Shown here: piece by piece, positions 53,283 through 63,218 of the stretch
Numbering within the stretch: the first letter of the stretch is position 1
How the letters are laid out: each line of letters opens with the position of its first letter
DNA from: Pirellulaceae bacterium
GTDB lineage: Bacteria > Planctomycetota > Planctomycetia > Pirellulales > Pirellulaceae
Reading direction: 5' to 3'
Length of the DNA stretch: 64,000 nucleotides
Assembly: GCA_041741955.1 (NCBI GenBank)
Contig: JBGSJL010000343.1
Location: 13,953-77,952, forward strand
Position numbers and translations under genes: made by a program
Notes under the pieces: model-generated
What the model was told of the DNA's origin: nothing
Databases searched by the model: none
What the model saw: the letters and a program-made list of their open reading frames with translations, nothing else

Positions 53283-53774
53283 CTACGTTGGATTTTGGTT
53301 TCTTAGAACCAGAACAGGGCAATGCGCCAAACGCACAACGCGCTCAGCCGTTGAGCCAATAAACAGTCGCATTACTCCGGTCCGCCCATGTGACGGAAGC
53401 ACGATCAAGTCAAATTGATGTTTATCCGCATACTCGGCAATCCCTTGCGCAGGTTCTCCGAACTCGACGGCGATGTTTAGGCCGCGATGTCTTTCATCGC
53501 CTACTTCAGATTGCAGGGTTTGTAGAGCATGTTGTTGATGATCGTCGTCAATTTTGTTGGCAAGATCGAAATCGGCCATACCCCAGCTCAGCCCCCGCGA
53601 GAGTTCGACGCCGCCCTCCCCGGAATATCCGATGGGCGGAATTGGTGACACGATGTGGAGCACTGTGATGTTCGCGTTGCTTCCGGCTATTTTGATCGCC
53701 GTGTCAACGGCTGCCTGCGAGAACTTCGAAAAGTCGTACGGAGCAAGGATTTTCGAGTTTTCAAAGTAATTCAT
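53283..53774 (-). CDS. Universal stress protein (UspA family)
   Basis: ILAPYDFS, GEPAQGI, DLIVLPSHGRTG and GSTAERVVRLAHCPVLV. Confidence 0.93.
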   Translation of the reverse strand: MNYFENSKILAPYDFSKFSQAAVDTAIKIAGSNANITVLHIVSPIPPIGYSGEGGVELSRGLSWGMADFDLANKIDDDHQQHALQTLQSEVGDERHRGLNIAVEFGEPAQGIAEYADKHQFDLIVLPSHGRTGVMRLFIGSTAERVVRLAHCPVLVLRNQNPT

Positions 53775-53865
53775 GCTTAGTTGCCTTTCTCAGATATGGG
53801 ATAATTGAGCTGCAAGATGAATGGCCACCTCTCACGTGCGGCGCCTTCGGCTGCGGCAAATCGTA

Positions 53866-54072
53866 TTAGGCGTCGGCAGAACTGCGTCCGAGTAGGTAGT
53901 AGAACAGCATGCCAATGAACGGCAGGAATCGAATTAACAGAATCCAAACTAATTTATGGGTCACACCGCCGCGGCCCATCAATAGGCTGAATATCGCGAT
54001 CACGTCTAGTACCAGCACAATCATGCTAAGTATGCCGTGACTGACTTCATACGTGTACGCTACCAGATCCAT
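53866..54072 (-). CDS. Small membrane protein with a PLDc N-terminal domain
   Basis: Two TM helices with KLVWILLI..LPFIG...YYLLGR. Confidence 0.75.
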   Translation of the reverse strand: MDLVAYTYEVSHGILSMIVLVLDVIAIFSLLMGRGGVTHKLVWILLIRFLPFIGMLFYYLLGRSSADA

Positions 54073-54110
54073 TTTTGTCTTTTGCGAAATTTTGGTAGCT
54101 AGGGCCCGTC

Positions 54111-54488
54111 TTACCTAGAAGCTGGTGAGTCGGCGTGAATCCACTCACGAGCTTTCTCAACGTCGGCAATGGCAAAGTACTGAATCGTGGCGGAGGTAAA
54201 CGGCTTGCAGAAAGTAGCCATTCCCTTCTCCCACTTCGACTCGCCAACGATTGCTAGTCGTTCAAAGTGACCGTGATGCTTGAGATCGAACTTCACGTCT
54301 TCCCACAAGGCACCAGCGTCCCAACCGTGGAAGTCTTTGAGGATAACCAACATACGGATTTTTCCGAACTCTTTGATCTTGGCTTCGGTGTCGGGTAGAA
54401 ACGCTTCGTAGGCTTCGTTCGTCAGCCTACCGCTGACTTGGATCTCGATGATCTTGCCTTCTGCATGTTCGGTAATGTTGAATGTCAT
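54111..54488 (-). CDS. STAS/SEC14 (SpoIIAA-like) protein
   Basis: GKIRMLV...FHGWDAGALWED...FERLAIVGESKWE...AREWI; AGGAG RBS. Confidence 0.88.
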   Translation of the reverse strand: MTFNITEHAEGKIIEIQVSGRLTNEAYEAFLPDTEAKIKEFGKIRMLVILKDFHGWDAGALWEDVKFDLKHHGHFERLAIVGESKWEKGMATFCKPFTSATIQYFAIADVEKAREWIHADSPASR

Positions 54489-54929
54489 ATTCTGAACTCC
54501 TTCATACGTAGATGGAAATAGAAGCGGTTTGTGGGTGCATCCGACGTCGCGAGACTTTGCCCCTTCGAGCGAAATCAAATCGATCGCGAGTTCGGCTATT
54601 GCGTGTCAACGACCCCTCCGGCTTTTTCTACAACTTCGGTGCACATGCCATGCCAAGCCAGTAAAAGATCTAGCTGTTGACCTAGGAAATTGCTCTGACG
54701 CGAAATGACTATCGGTCTCAAGTAGAAACTGCATGGATCGCACCTCGGAACGCTAACTCTAGAACGAATTCCTCCGAATGTGAGCGTGTGGTCTGAGAAT
54801 TGCCTTACGTTACTCCAAAACATTTTCTACACGAAAAGGACCAAATATGAATACAACTACGGCAAACTTTTCTCGCCAGAGATTGGACTTCCGCTATCGT
54901 GCATCGCGACTTCAGAGACGATAAGAACT

Positions 54930-55205
54930 ATGACAACCCATCCAACCAAAATCGTAGTCCTGGGTGGTGGATTAGCGGGTGCATACTGCGTCAAGCGACT
55001 TAAATCGCTTCTGCGCGGCTGTAACGTCAAAGTTACGCTCGTCAATGAACAGAACTACTTCGTATTTACTCCCATGTTGGTCGCTGCGGCCACTTCCGCG
55101 CTTGAGCCGCGACACGTAGTTGTACCGCTGCGTAGCTTCCTGAAATCCAGCGACTTTGTAATGGCCACAGTATCGGATATTGACGTGCCAGCCCGGGACA
55201 AATGA
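54930..55205 (+). pseudogene. 5' fragment of an NDH-2-like FAD/NAD oxidoreductase
   Basis: KIVVLGGGLAG...YFVFTPML motifs, but the frame stops after ~90 aa; family members are normally ~400 aa. Confidence 0.75.
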
Positions 55206-55477
55206 AGAAAGCCACACTGGAGAAATTGAAAAGCGTTCGGGTCCCCGTTTTGATACTCCATAGCGATCAACATGATTTAGTGAAGCTAAACAAGCCGATA
55301 TTTATCCCACTTACGAAGGAGGCTGGTGTCGAGGTTGAATACCGGGAGTATCCTGAATATGGTCTCGGATTTTATTTTGGTGCTGGAGACGATCATTGGG
55401 GAAAGGGGGCGACCAAAGAGTTGATCGATACAATCGTTACAGACGTCCATTCATTCTCAATGCTCGAACTGCTCTGA
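55202..55477 (+). pseudogene. 3' fragment of an alpha/beta hydrolase
   Basis: VPVLILHSDQH...AGVEVEYREYPEYGLGF resembles a hydrolase C-terminus; the N-terminal nucleophile region is absent. Confidence 0.55.
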
Positions 55478-58400
55478 GTCAAACGATTCCGCTGGCTGCA
55501 CTTTCGGCTCGAACCACCGATAGATCGTAGGAAGCACTAATAGCGTTAGCATCGTGGATGTAATTAGTCCACCAATCACTACGGTTGCAAGTGGGCGTTG
55601 GACCTCTGCACCCGAACTTGCGGAAATTGCCATCGGGATGAAACCGAGTGCACCGCAGGAAGCGGTCATCAACACCGGACGCAGTCGATCCATTGCTCCG
55701 TTAACGACAGCGTCCCGTTGCGAATCGCCTCCGTGACGCAGGTGCCTGATGTGTTCGATCAGGACCACGCCATTCATGACAGCGATACCGAACAGTGCGA
55801 TGAAACCCACGCCAGCAGAGATCGAGAATGGCATATCACGCAACCAAAGCGCCAAGATGCCGCCGGTGGCAGCAATCGGCACGTTCAAGTAGATCAATAG
55901 TGCTAACTTCGTTGAGTTGAACGTCATGTACAGCAACGCGAAGATCAGGAACAAAGCCACCGGCACCGCGATAGCCAATCTGGCACTCGCCCGCTGCAAA
56001 TTCTCGAACTGGCCACCCCAACGCAACATGTAACCGCTTGGCAATTTGACGTCGCGGTCGACAACTGCCTGAGCCTCCGCAACAAACCCTGCTAAATCAC
56101 GACCACGAACATTGCACTGGACAAGCAAGCGACGACGGATCGCATCGCGACTGATCTCTACCGGTCCATCTTCCATCACAATTTCGGCAAGTTGTGAAAG
56201 CGGAATGGGTTTTCCGCTGGGGTCATCAATCCGTAACTCGGACAGTTTTTCCGTATTGACTCGCCACTCCGGATGCAGGCGAACCTGCAATGGAAACCGT
56301 CGCTGCCCCTCGAAAACTTGGCCCACTTGCATGCCGCCGACCGTACTGATGGCATCAAGGACGTCTCGTCCGCTAATTCCATATCGGGCGAGTGCATCAC
56401 GGCGAAGTTTCACACGCATGTAAGAGAGTCCGGCGATCTGCTGTGCCGCCACGTCTGCGGCTCCAGGAACCTGGTTGAGAGCCCTGACGATTTCGTCTCC
56501 CTTGATCTTTAAAACATCCAAGTCATCGCCATACAAGCTCAAGCCAATATCAGACCGCACGCCCGCAACCAACTCCTGCACACGCAGTTCAATCGGCTGT
56601 GTGAAACTAAAAGCGTTACCAGGAACCTCTTTTTCTAGAGCCGTTTGCATCGCCTCGATCAGCTCCGGCTTTGACATTGTCTCAGCACCGTGCGATGCTG
56701 TTTTCAGACGAATAAAGATGTCGGTTTGGTAAACGCCCATGGGATCATTTGCGATTTCTGGGCGACCGGTTTTGGAGACAACCGTTTCAACTTGGGGAAA
56801 CTTTAGCAAGCAGCGTTCCATCGCCTTGGTCATCTCGATCGATGTTTCCAACGAAACACTAGGCAATCTCGTAGCCTGAATTGCAAGGTCGCCTTCGTCT
56901 AGCTTTGGTACAAACTCAACGCCGAAACCGGAGGCAAGGTAGACACTAATCGCAAAAGCAACTACTGAGCTACCCAGCATTAGCACCGGTTTTCGCATCG
57001 CGAATGCCAGCATCGGCTGGTACGCCTGCTTGAGCCCACGCACTACAAATGTGTCACCCTGTTTAACACGTCGAGCCAAGAACAGCGAGGCAAGCACAGG
57101 CATCACAGTGACGGACAGTATCAAGGCCGATGTTAACGCCGTCATAAAAGTAAACGCCATCGGGCGAAACATTTTCCCCTCCATGCCCTGTAAGCTGAGG
57201 ATAGGAATGAAGACGATAATCACAATGACGCCAGCAAATAGAATCGGCTTGGCGACCTCTTTGGCCGACTCGCGAAAGACCCCTTCGGGAACGCGATCAC
57301 CGCCATGGCTTTTCTGGTACTGCATCGCTCGGCGAACGCAGTTTTCTATCATCACAACCGCTCCATCAACGATCACCCCGAAATCGACCGCTCCCAGGCT
57401 CATCAAGTTCGCTGAGACACCCGCATAGCGCATGGCAATTAACGCGCACATTGCCGACAGAGGAATGGCGGCGGCCACGATCAAACCGGCGCGGACGTCT
57501 CCAAGAAGAACAAATAGCATCACGATGACTAAGAATACGCCCACACCAATGTTCTCGGCAACAGTGTGAATTGTCTTCGCAACCAGTTCGGTTCGGTCGT
57601 AAAACGTATCGATCGTCACTCCCTCAGGAAGTGTCTTTTTAATCTCCGCGATCTTTTCCTTCACATCGGCAACGACTTGTCTGGAGTTGCCCCCCATCAA
57701 CATCATCACCATACCGATCACCGCTTCTCGATCACCGTCGCGAGTCACCGCACCTTGCCTTAACATCGGTGCAAATTTCACGTTTGCCACGTCGGCGATG
57801 CGAATCGGCACACCGTCTCGGCTGTCCAACACGATCAAGCGAATATCGTCCAGTGACTGGATTAATCCTTCGCCGCGAATTAAGCGCTGTTCAGAACCGT
57901 GAGCAATGTAACCGCCACCCGAATTGCCGTTGTTCTCTTCCAAGGCCGTGCATATATCGCCCAGTGAGATGCCATAGTTCTTGAGCTTGTCAGGGTCGAT
58001 TTGAACTTCATACGTTTTTAGCTCGCCGCCGAAGGTGTTCACTTCGATTACGCCTGGAACGCTACGAAGCTGAAAAGCAATTTGCCAATCGAGGATGGTT
58101 CGCAATTCAGAAAGACTGTGGTCGCTACCCGGATCGGCACGAACCTCGAACTGGTAGATTTCGCTCATGCCCGTCGCGATCGGACCCAGGGATGGTGTGC
58201 CCATACCTGGCGGAATATTCTCTCTCGCCTGCAGCAATCTCTCGTTGATCAGATTGCGCGCCCAGTAGATATCGGTACCGTCTTCAAAGGCCACTGTAAC
58301 GGCGGATAAACCAAAGCGACTTATCGACCGAATCTCGTCAATTTTTGGGATACCGCTCATCGCATTCTCAACTGGGAACGTGATGAATTGTTCGACTTCG

Positions 58401-58576
58401 ACTGGTCCAAGTGCAGGCGAATTGGTCAGAATCTGTACCTGGACATTCGTCAGATCGGGGACCGCATCCAGCGGAATCGTCATCGCTGCGAACGTTCCCA
58501 TACCGAGTATGACCAGCGAAAGCAGCATGACGATGAAGCGATTGTTTAGCGATGCGTCGATGATGTGATTTAACAT
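55457..58576 (-). CDS. Heavy-metal efflux RND transporter (CzcA/CusA family)
   Basis: DAVPDLTNVQVQ, TM4 SLGAVDFGVIVDGAVVMIEN, GKMFRPMA, RLRPVLMTA and EVQRPLATVVIGG. Confidence 0.95.
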   Translation of the reverse strand: MLNHIIDASLNNRFIVMLLSLVILGMGTFAAMTIPLDAVPDLTNVQVQILTNSPALGPVEVEQFITFPVENAMSGIPKIDEIRSISRFGLSAVTVAFEDGTDIYWARNLINERLLQARENIPPGMGTPSLGPIATGMSEIYQFEVRADPGSDHSLSELRTILDWQIAFQLRSVPGVIEVNTFGGELKTYEVQIDPDKLKNYGISLGDICTALEENNGNSGGGYIAHGSEQRLIRGEGLIQSLDDIRLIVLDSRDGVPIRIADVANVKFAPMLRQGAVTRDGDREAVIGMVMMLMGGNSRQVVADVKEKIAEIKKTLPEGVTIDTFYDRTELVAKTIHTVAENIGVGVFLVIVMLFVLLGDVRAGLIVAAAIPLSAMCALIAMRYAGVSANLMSLGAVDFGVIVDGAVVMIENCVRRAMQYQKSHGGDRVPEGVFRESAKEVAKPILFAGVIVIIVFIPILSLQGMEGKMFRPMAFTFMTALTSALILSVTVMPVLASLFLARRVKQGDTFVVRGLKQAYQPMLAFAMRKPVLMLGSSVVAFAISVYLASGFGVEFVPKLDEGDLAIQATRLPSVSLETSIEMTKAMERCLLKFPQVETVVSKTGRPEIANDPMGVYQTDIFIRLKTASHGAETMSKPELIEAMQTALEKEVPGNAFSFTQPIELRVQELVAGVRSDIGLSLYGDDLDVLKIKGDEIVRALNQVPGAADVAAQQIAGLSYMRVKLRRDALARYGISGRDVLDAISTVGGMQVGQVFEGQRRFPLQVRLHPEWRVNTEKLSELRIDDPSGKPIPLSQLAEIVMEDGPVEISRDAIRRRLLVQCNVRGRDLAGFVAEAQAVVDRDVKLPSGYMLRWGGQFENLQRASARLAIAVPVALFLIFALLYMTFNSTKLALLIYLNVPIAATGGILALWLRDMPFSISAGVGFIALFGIAVMNGVVLIEHIRHLRHGGDSQRDAVVNGAMDRLRPVLMTASCGALGFIPMAISASSGAEVQRPLATVVIGGLITSTMLTLLVLPTIYRWFEPKVQPAESFDSEQFEH

Positions 58577-58578
58577 GC

Positions 58579-60135
58579 TTATTCTTCTCCCATCAGTTCC
58601 GCAAGCATTTGCGACTTGAGAATGAAGCCACCTTTAATGACTACAGATTCATCAGGCTGGAGGCCTTCTTTGATCAAGATGGATGAATCGTTGGCATTTC
58701 CGACCACGATATCACGACGTACAAATTGGTCCTGGCCACGATGGACAAAGACGAACTTCTGGCCCTCATGTTCTTGGATCGCGGTAAGAGGAACTTGCAA
58801 TGCATTTTGTTGTGCGATGCCCGACAAATCGACTGTGACAAACATGCCAGGCTTCAGAAGGTGTTCTGCGTTATCGGCAATTGCTCGCATACTGATCGTG
58901 CGTGTCGATTCATCCATTGTCTCACCAGCGAAAAACACTCTGGCTTCGAAAGTACGATCTGGCCACGATTCGCTGTGAAGGTGAACGGTTTGGTCCGCGA
59001 GCGAGTTAAGAAGTGGAATATGCTCTTGATACAAGTCCGCCAAAATCCATACCGTGGATAGGTCCGCGATGCTCAACAGCATCACATCAGGTCGCACCTG
59101 TTCGCTCAGAACCACGTCTTTGGTCAAGACGGTTCCATCGAACGGGGCTCGAAGCAGATAGTGAGAAATGCCTTCGCCCTGTTCGGCAGGGTCAATTTTA
59201 GTAAGCTCCTCATCACTTACTCCGAGAATATGCAAGCTAGTTTCCGCAACAGCGGCTTGTGTTTCGGTTTCTTTGAGCAACTGAGAAGAAAGCAGCGTTG
59301 ACGTTCGCAATCCATATCCAACTTCCTCAAGCCGAGATTGAAAGGTCGCCAAATCCGCATTGCGATTGGCTTCCGCACTCAGAAGTGTCTTCCCTGAGAC
59401 GGCTCCCGAGGCGGTGATATTCGCCAAACGCGAAACGTCGGCCTGCGATTTTGTGTAATTCGAGTAGGCAGCCAAAAGTCGTTCGCGATACTCGCCCATC
59501 GGACGACTACGGAAGGCAGTCTCAATTTTCTCAATGGGCATCTTTTCGCGAAGGGCCTCGAGAAGATCGTCCACGTTGCGGGCCACCTCGGTTTGCAACT
59601 CATGTTTGGTCTTCGCCATTTCAAGTTGCAGCCGAGCTTGAAACAGCTTCAACTTTGATTCGCCGATTTCGCGACTATGAATGGTTGCCAGAAGCTGCTC
59701 TGCTTTAACCGTCTCGCCCAATCCAACCGAAACGCTTTCGACCGTCCCTTCAACCATTGGAAAGATATGAGCGACTCGATCTTGGTTGAGCGACACTTTG
59801 CCAGTCAAGTGAACCGTCGTCGAAAAAGGCCCCATGCGAGTTGGCTGAAGTTCGATTCCCGAAACTGCCCAACGATCTTGCAGGAGTTGAAGCGTTCTTG
59901 ACGACGCATCTAGTTTCGCAGTTGTTGTAGCTGATTCCTGAATTTTCCTGAGCTGCGTTGGGTCAGCTTTATTCTCTGCCGACGCGGTCTCGTGACGACG
60001 TGCATCATAGCTTCGCATAGCGATAGCCCCAGCGACACTGGCGATAGAAGCGATAGCAATCGCACCGAGCAGGATGCGGCGATTGGACGTCGTAAGTTTG
60101 GCAGGAGCCGGTTTTGAGGATGCAATTATATTCAT
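58579..60135 (-). CDS. RND membrane fusion protein (CzcB-like)
   Basis: TM anchor, LRAPFDGTV, IADLSTVWI, LKPGMFV and GLQPDESVV; start at 60135 assumed. Confidence 0.9.
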   Translation of the reverse strand: MNIIASSKPAPAKLTTSNRRILLGAIAIASIASVAGAIAMRSYDARRHETASAENKADPTQLRKIQESATTTAKLDASSRTLQLLQDRWAVSGIELQPTRMGPFSTTVHLTGKVSLNQDRVAHIFPMVEGTVESVSVGLGETVKAEQLLATIHSREIGESKLKLFQARLQLEMAKTKHELQTEVARNVDDLLEALREKMPIEKIETAFRSRPMGEYRERLLAAYSNYTKSQADVSRLANITASGAVSGKTLLSAEANRNADLATFQSRLEEVGYGLRTSTLLSSQLLKETETQAAVAETSLHILGVSDEELTKIDPAEQGEGISHYLLRAPFDGTVLTKDVVLSEQVRPDVMLLSIADLSTVWILADLYQEHIPLLNSLADQTVHLHSESWPDRTFEARVFFAGETMDESTRTISMRAIADNAEHLLKPGMFVTVDLSGIAQQNALQVPLTAIQEHEGQKFVFVHRGQDQFVRRDIVVGNANDSSILIKEGLQPDESVVIKGGFILKSQMLAELMGEE

Positions 60136-60308
60136 ACGATTACCCTGGTTTGAATGATGAAGGTCTGTAGTTGGCGTGATGGTGAATGAGAACCCTGCCG
60201 CAGAAACGGAGGTCAATACCGATCGTCCGAATGCGACAGATGATTCGAGCAGCAGAAACCGTTAATCAATCAAGCTTGATGCACGGTGGCTCGGATTCTC
60301 CGGGGCTG

Positions 60309-60764
60309 TTAACAGCGCATAACCGTCGAGAGAGACAGTAAAGAAGGGCGGCACAAGGAGCGGCCGCTCAAACAATTCGCTCCTGCCAAAGTGCAATCAG
60401 GCAGCGAACTTGGTGTGAAGTCCAGCAGAGTAACTGGCGGTTCGCCAAGTGTACGTTCGCACACTGCAGCCGACGGAACCAACTCGAATGCCATTGCTTG
60501 AACGGCAGATGCTTCCCCGTTTACTCCCGAGTAACCGGACTCGCGTAAAATCCAATGCACATGCCAAATGCACCCAACGTTAGCGCAAGAACCGACGCTA
60601 TGATGACGAAGCAGATGCTGTGCTAAAGCGTCGCAACTGCCCACTGAAGTCATCGCGTTGGCATGAGAATGTCCAATCGGGATCGGTCCAACCCACATCG
60701 ACGACACCAGCATGCAAAGCTGGAGGCATAAGCGAAAGTTCGTCGTTGGAATTATGCGGTTCAT
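60309..60764 (-). CDS. His/Cys-rich small protein upstream of czcBA
   Basis: Hydrophobic N-terminus then GPIPIGHSH, QHLLRHH and WHVHW; co-oriented with the efflux genes. Confidence 0.6.
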   Translation of the reverse strand: MNRIIPTTNFRLCLQLCMLVSSMWVGPIPIGHSHANAMTSVGSCDALAQHLLRHHSVGSCANVGCIWHVHWILRESGYSGVNGEASAVQAMAFELVPSAAVCERTLGEPPVTLLDFTPSSLPDCTLAGANCLSGRSLCRPSLLSLSTVMRC

Positions 60765-60867
60765 TGAAGATATCTGGAACCAGTAAGCGTTTGGGGCCAA
60801 ATCGCTTGATGCGAAACCCCCTACATTCTGAATCTCAATGAACCATAAGTCAAGCTCTCGGACTGCT

Positions 60868-61068
60868 TTAGAAGCTCGAAACTGATTCGATCTTGCCAAT
60901 TACCTCGCAGGTGCATCCCCTTAATTCCTTTCCAAAAAGGACTTTTTCGCGGGCATCTTCATATCGATCCGTACTTTGGTCACTCAGCCAGCGAACACTC
61001 AAGTCAAATCCGTACTGTTGCGCTTTTTGCTCAAACCAATCCAGCTCGCCGTCGAGAGCACTGTTCAA
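60868..61068 (-). pseudogene. Possible gene fragment (TenA-like helix)
   Basis: ALDGELDWFEQKAQQYGFDL resembles a TenA/THI-4 internal segment; only 66 aa. Confidence 0.3.
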
Positions 61069-61083
61069 TCCACTGTAGACTCA

Positions 61084-61470
61084 TTAGTGACCAGTCATCA
61101 TTTTGGATTTCGACATCGCATTCTCGGCCATTTGGATGTACTTGTGTTCGTTGGTTCCCGCGAACGCGCGCTGGTAGGTGATGCTCAGCGCTGTCCAACT
61201 GAACGAGTCATTCGGCTCCAACTCACTTACGCGGACACCGTATTCGATCCCTTTGTCATGCTGGTTCACTTTCCCATAGACGACCGCAGGTGCTGAGTTG
61301 GCCAACACGTAACCGTCGTCGATTGCCAACAATGACTGCAGTTTTTCGATCGCCGCTTCACACTGCCCGTCGTCTTTGAGCCGATCTGCTTCATCGTAAA
61401 GTTGAGTGGTACTTGTCAGTTGTCTTTTGTGTCCGCTAAAGGTGTTTTCTGTTCCGTGATCACTTCGCAC
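61084..61470 (-). CDS. Small TPR protein; start codon unclear
   Basis: [12 protein letters not shown]...[23 protein letters not shown]-like pattern. Protein-like sequence begins at ~61419, right at the ferredoxin stop, with no ATG there. Confidence 0.65.
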   Translation of the reverse strand: MRSDHGTENTFSGHKRQLTSTTQLYDEADRLKDDGQCEAAIEKLQSLLAIDDGYVLANSAPAVVYGKVNQHDKGIEYGVRVSELEPNDSFSWTALSITYQRAFAGTNEHKYIQMAENAMSKSKMMTGH

Positions 61471-61703
61471 TTCTCCGCCATTTCAGCGTTTAGCGCCTTA
61501 TACGACGCCCACTTGTCCGGTAAATTGTCCTCTTGGTAGATCGCTTCTACTGGGCATTCCGGAACGCAGGCTTCACAGTCGATGCATTCGTCTGGGTGGA
61601 TGTACAACATCTGTTCGCCTTCGTAGAAACACTCCACTGGGCAGACCACAACGCAGTCTGTGTATTTGCAACCCGAGCACGGCTCGGCGACCACATGTGT
61701 CAT
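61416..61703 (-). CDS. Ferredoxin (FdxA-type dicluster)
   Basis: [18 protein letters not shown] and [16 protein letters not shown]; AGGAG RBS. Confidence 0.93.
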   Translation of the reverse strand: MTHVVAEPCSGCKYTDCVVVCPVECFYEGEQMLYIHPDECIDCEACVPECPVEAIYQEDNLPDKWASYKALNAEMAEKCEVITEQKTPLADTKDN

Positions 61704-61715
61704 TCAATTTCTCCT

Positions 61716-63044
61716 TTAGAGAATGTCTTCGGATAGATCATGGCCGGATAGCAGGACCGACTCAAGATGTCGTCGCACCGCTGGTAACTCGACGCCTTGC
61801 ACTACATCGTTGGCGAAGGCGAAGATCAGGATTTTGCGTGCCAGGTCGGCGGGGATTCCTCGCGAACGCAAATAGTACAAAGCGGCCTCGTCCAACTCAC
61901 CAATCGTCGCACCGTGGGTACACCGCACGTCATCGGCGTAGATTTCTAATTGCGGCTTCGTATTTACAACTGCATCGTCAGACAGCAACAATGCTTGATT
62001 ACTCTGCTTCGCGTCCGTTTTTTGGGCGTCTTGATGAACAAAGATTTTTCCGTTGAAGACACCCTTGGCTCGGTCATCCAAAATGCCTTTGTAAAGCTCG
62101 TAACTGTTGCAGTGCGGCTTGACATGGTCGATCCGCGTGCGGCAATCCATCAACTGGTCGCCCGTCGGCATATACAAACCATTGAGCGTCGTTTCAATTT
62201 GCTCACCATCGAGCACACAGTTCAACTCGTTGCGAGCGAGCGAAGCTCCAAATGAGAAGTAATGCGAGCGGAACCGACTGCTGGACCGTTGATCGACCTC
62301 GGTCAGCGCGATGTGCAATGCTCCCACTTGTTCATGCTGGAGCTTGTGATGATCTAGTTCGGCATTTTCATCGAGCGTGATTTGAGTGATCGCGTTGGTG
62401 AAATATGCATTACCATGACCCAAGTAACTCTCAATCAAATGAGCCTTGCTGTGCTTGCCAACCCGGATCAAATTGCGTGGATGCGAAACCGTGGGACCGC
62501 TTCCGATCGACAGGAACACTAGATGGACGGGCCGATCCAAGACGACACCATCGGGAATATCAATGAAAGCTCCATCGCTTATGAAGGCAGTATTGAGTGC
62601 GGCGAATGTAGAATCGTCAAAATTATGGTCGCTGGCGAGAAATATTTGCACATCTCTATTATGATCGCGAATGGCGCTCCCCAAGTTGTCGATGACAACG
62701 CCGACTGATAAGTCATGTAGCCGTGACCACTGGTCGGAGTAGCGACCGTTGATGAACACCATACGGTGAAATTCCTCGTCCAGCGTGGCTTGCAGGACAA
62801 GTGCCTTGATCTCGTTGTTTATTGTTTCGTCATCTGAGTGCGCAAGCAAAGCCAACTCGTAGGGACGGCGTGCCAGAGGCGCGATATTTGTGAACCGCCA
62901 ATCTTCAAGTCTTTTCGTTGGGACTTCAAGACGCGTGAATGCGTCGAATCCCCGCTGACGTAATTCAACGAGCCAAGCCGGCGAGGATTGCAGTTGGAAC
63001 GCGGCGTGTTGTTCTTGATACGTTTCGTTTTCGGTGGCGATCAT
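61716..63044 (-). CDS. sufD: Fe-S cluster assembly protein SufD
   Basis: PTKRLEDWRFT, FNGKIFVHQDAQKTDA and KPQLEIYADDVRCTHGAT. Confidence 0.93.
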   Translation of the reverse strand: MIATENETYQEQHAAFQLQSSPAWLVELRQRGFDAFTRLEVPTKRLEDWRFTNIAPLARRPYELALLAHSDDETINNEIKALVLQATLDEEFHRMVFINGRYSDQWSRLHDLSVGVVIDNLGSAIRDHNRDVQIFLASDHNFDDSTFAALNTAFISDGAFIDIPDGVVLDRPVHLVFLSIGSGPTVSHPRNLIRVGKHSKAHLIESYLGHGNAYFTNAITQITLDENAELDHHKLQHEQVGALHIALTEVDQRSSSRFRSHYFSFGASLARNELNCVLDGEQIETTLNGLYMPTGDQLMDCRTRIDHVKPHCNSYELYKGILDDRAKGVFNGKIFVHQDAQKTDAKQSNQALLLSDDAVVNTKPQLEIYADDVRCTHGATIGELDEAALYYLRSRGIPADLARKILIFAFANDVVQGVELPAVRRHLESVLLSGHDLSEDIL

Positions 63045-63088
63045 GGTTTGTCAGTCGAGGGAAGTTGAAATGCTTCTGGAATACTTCT

Positions 63089-63193
63089 GTGAGCCGACAT
63101 CGCTAGTTGCGGGTTTCCGGCGGGGGATCAAAATTCTCAGCTCACGCGGCTAGCTCACTACAGCGACACCCGCGGTTAGCGCCGTCGGCTCAC
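63089..63193. repeat. REP-like palindromic doublet (related to the outer layer of the 41067 element)
   Basis: GTGAGCCGACATCGCTAGTTGCGGGT ... ACCCGCGGTTAGCGCCGTCGGCTCAC inverted arms. Confidence 0.75.
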
Positions 63194-63218
63194 TCAAAAA
63201 TTAAGCTGTGACAAAGCA

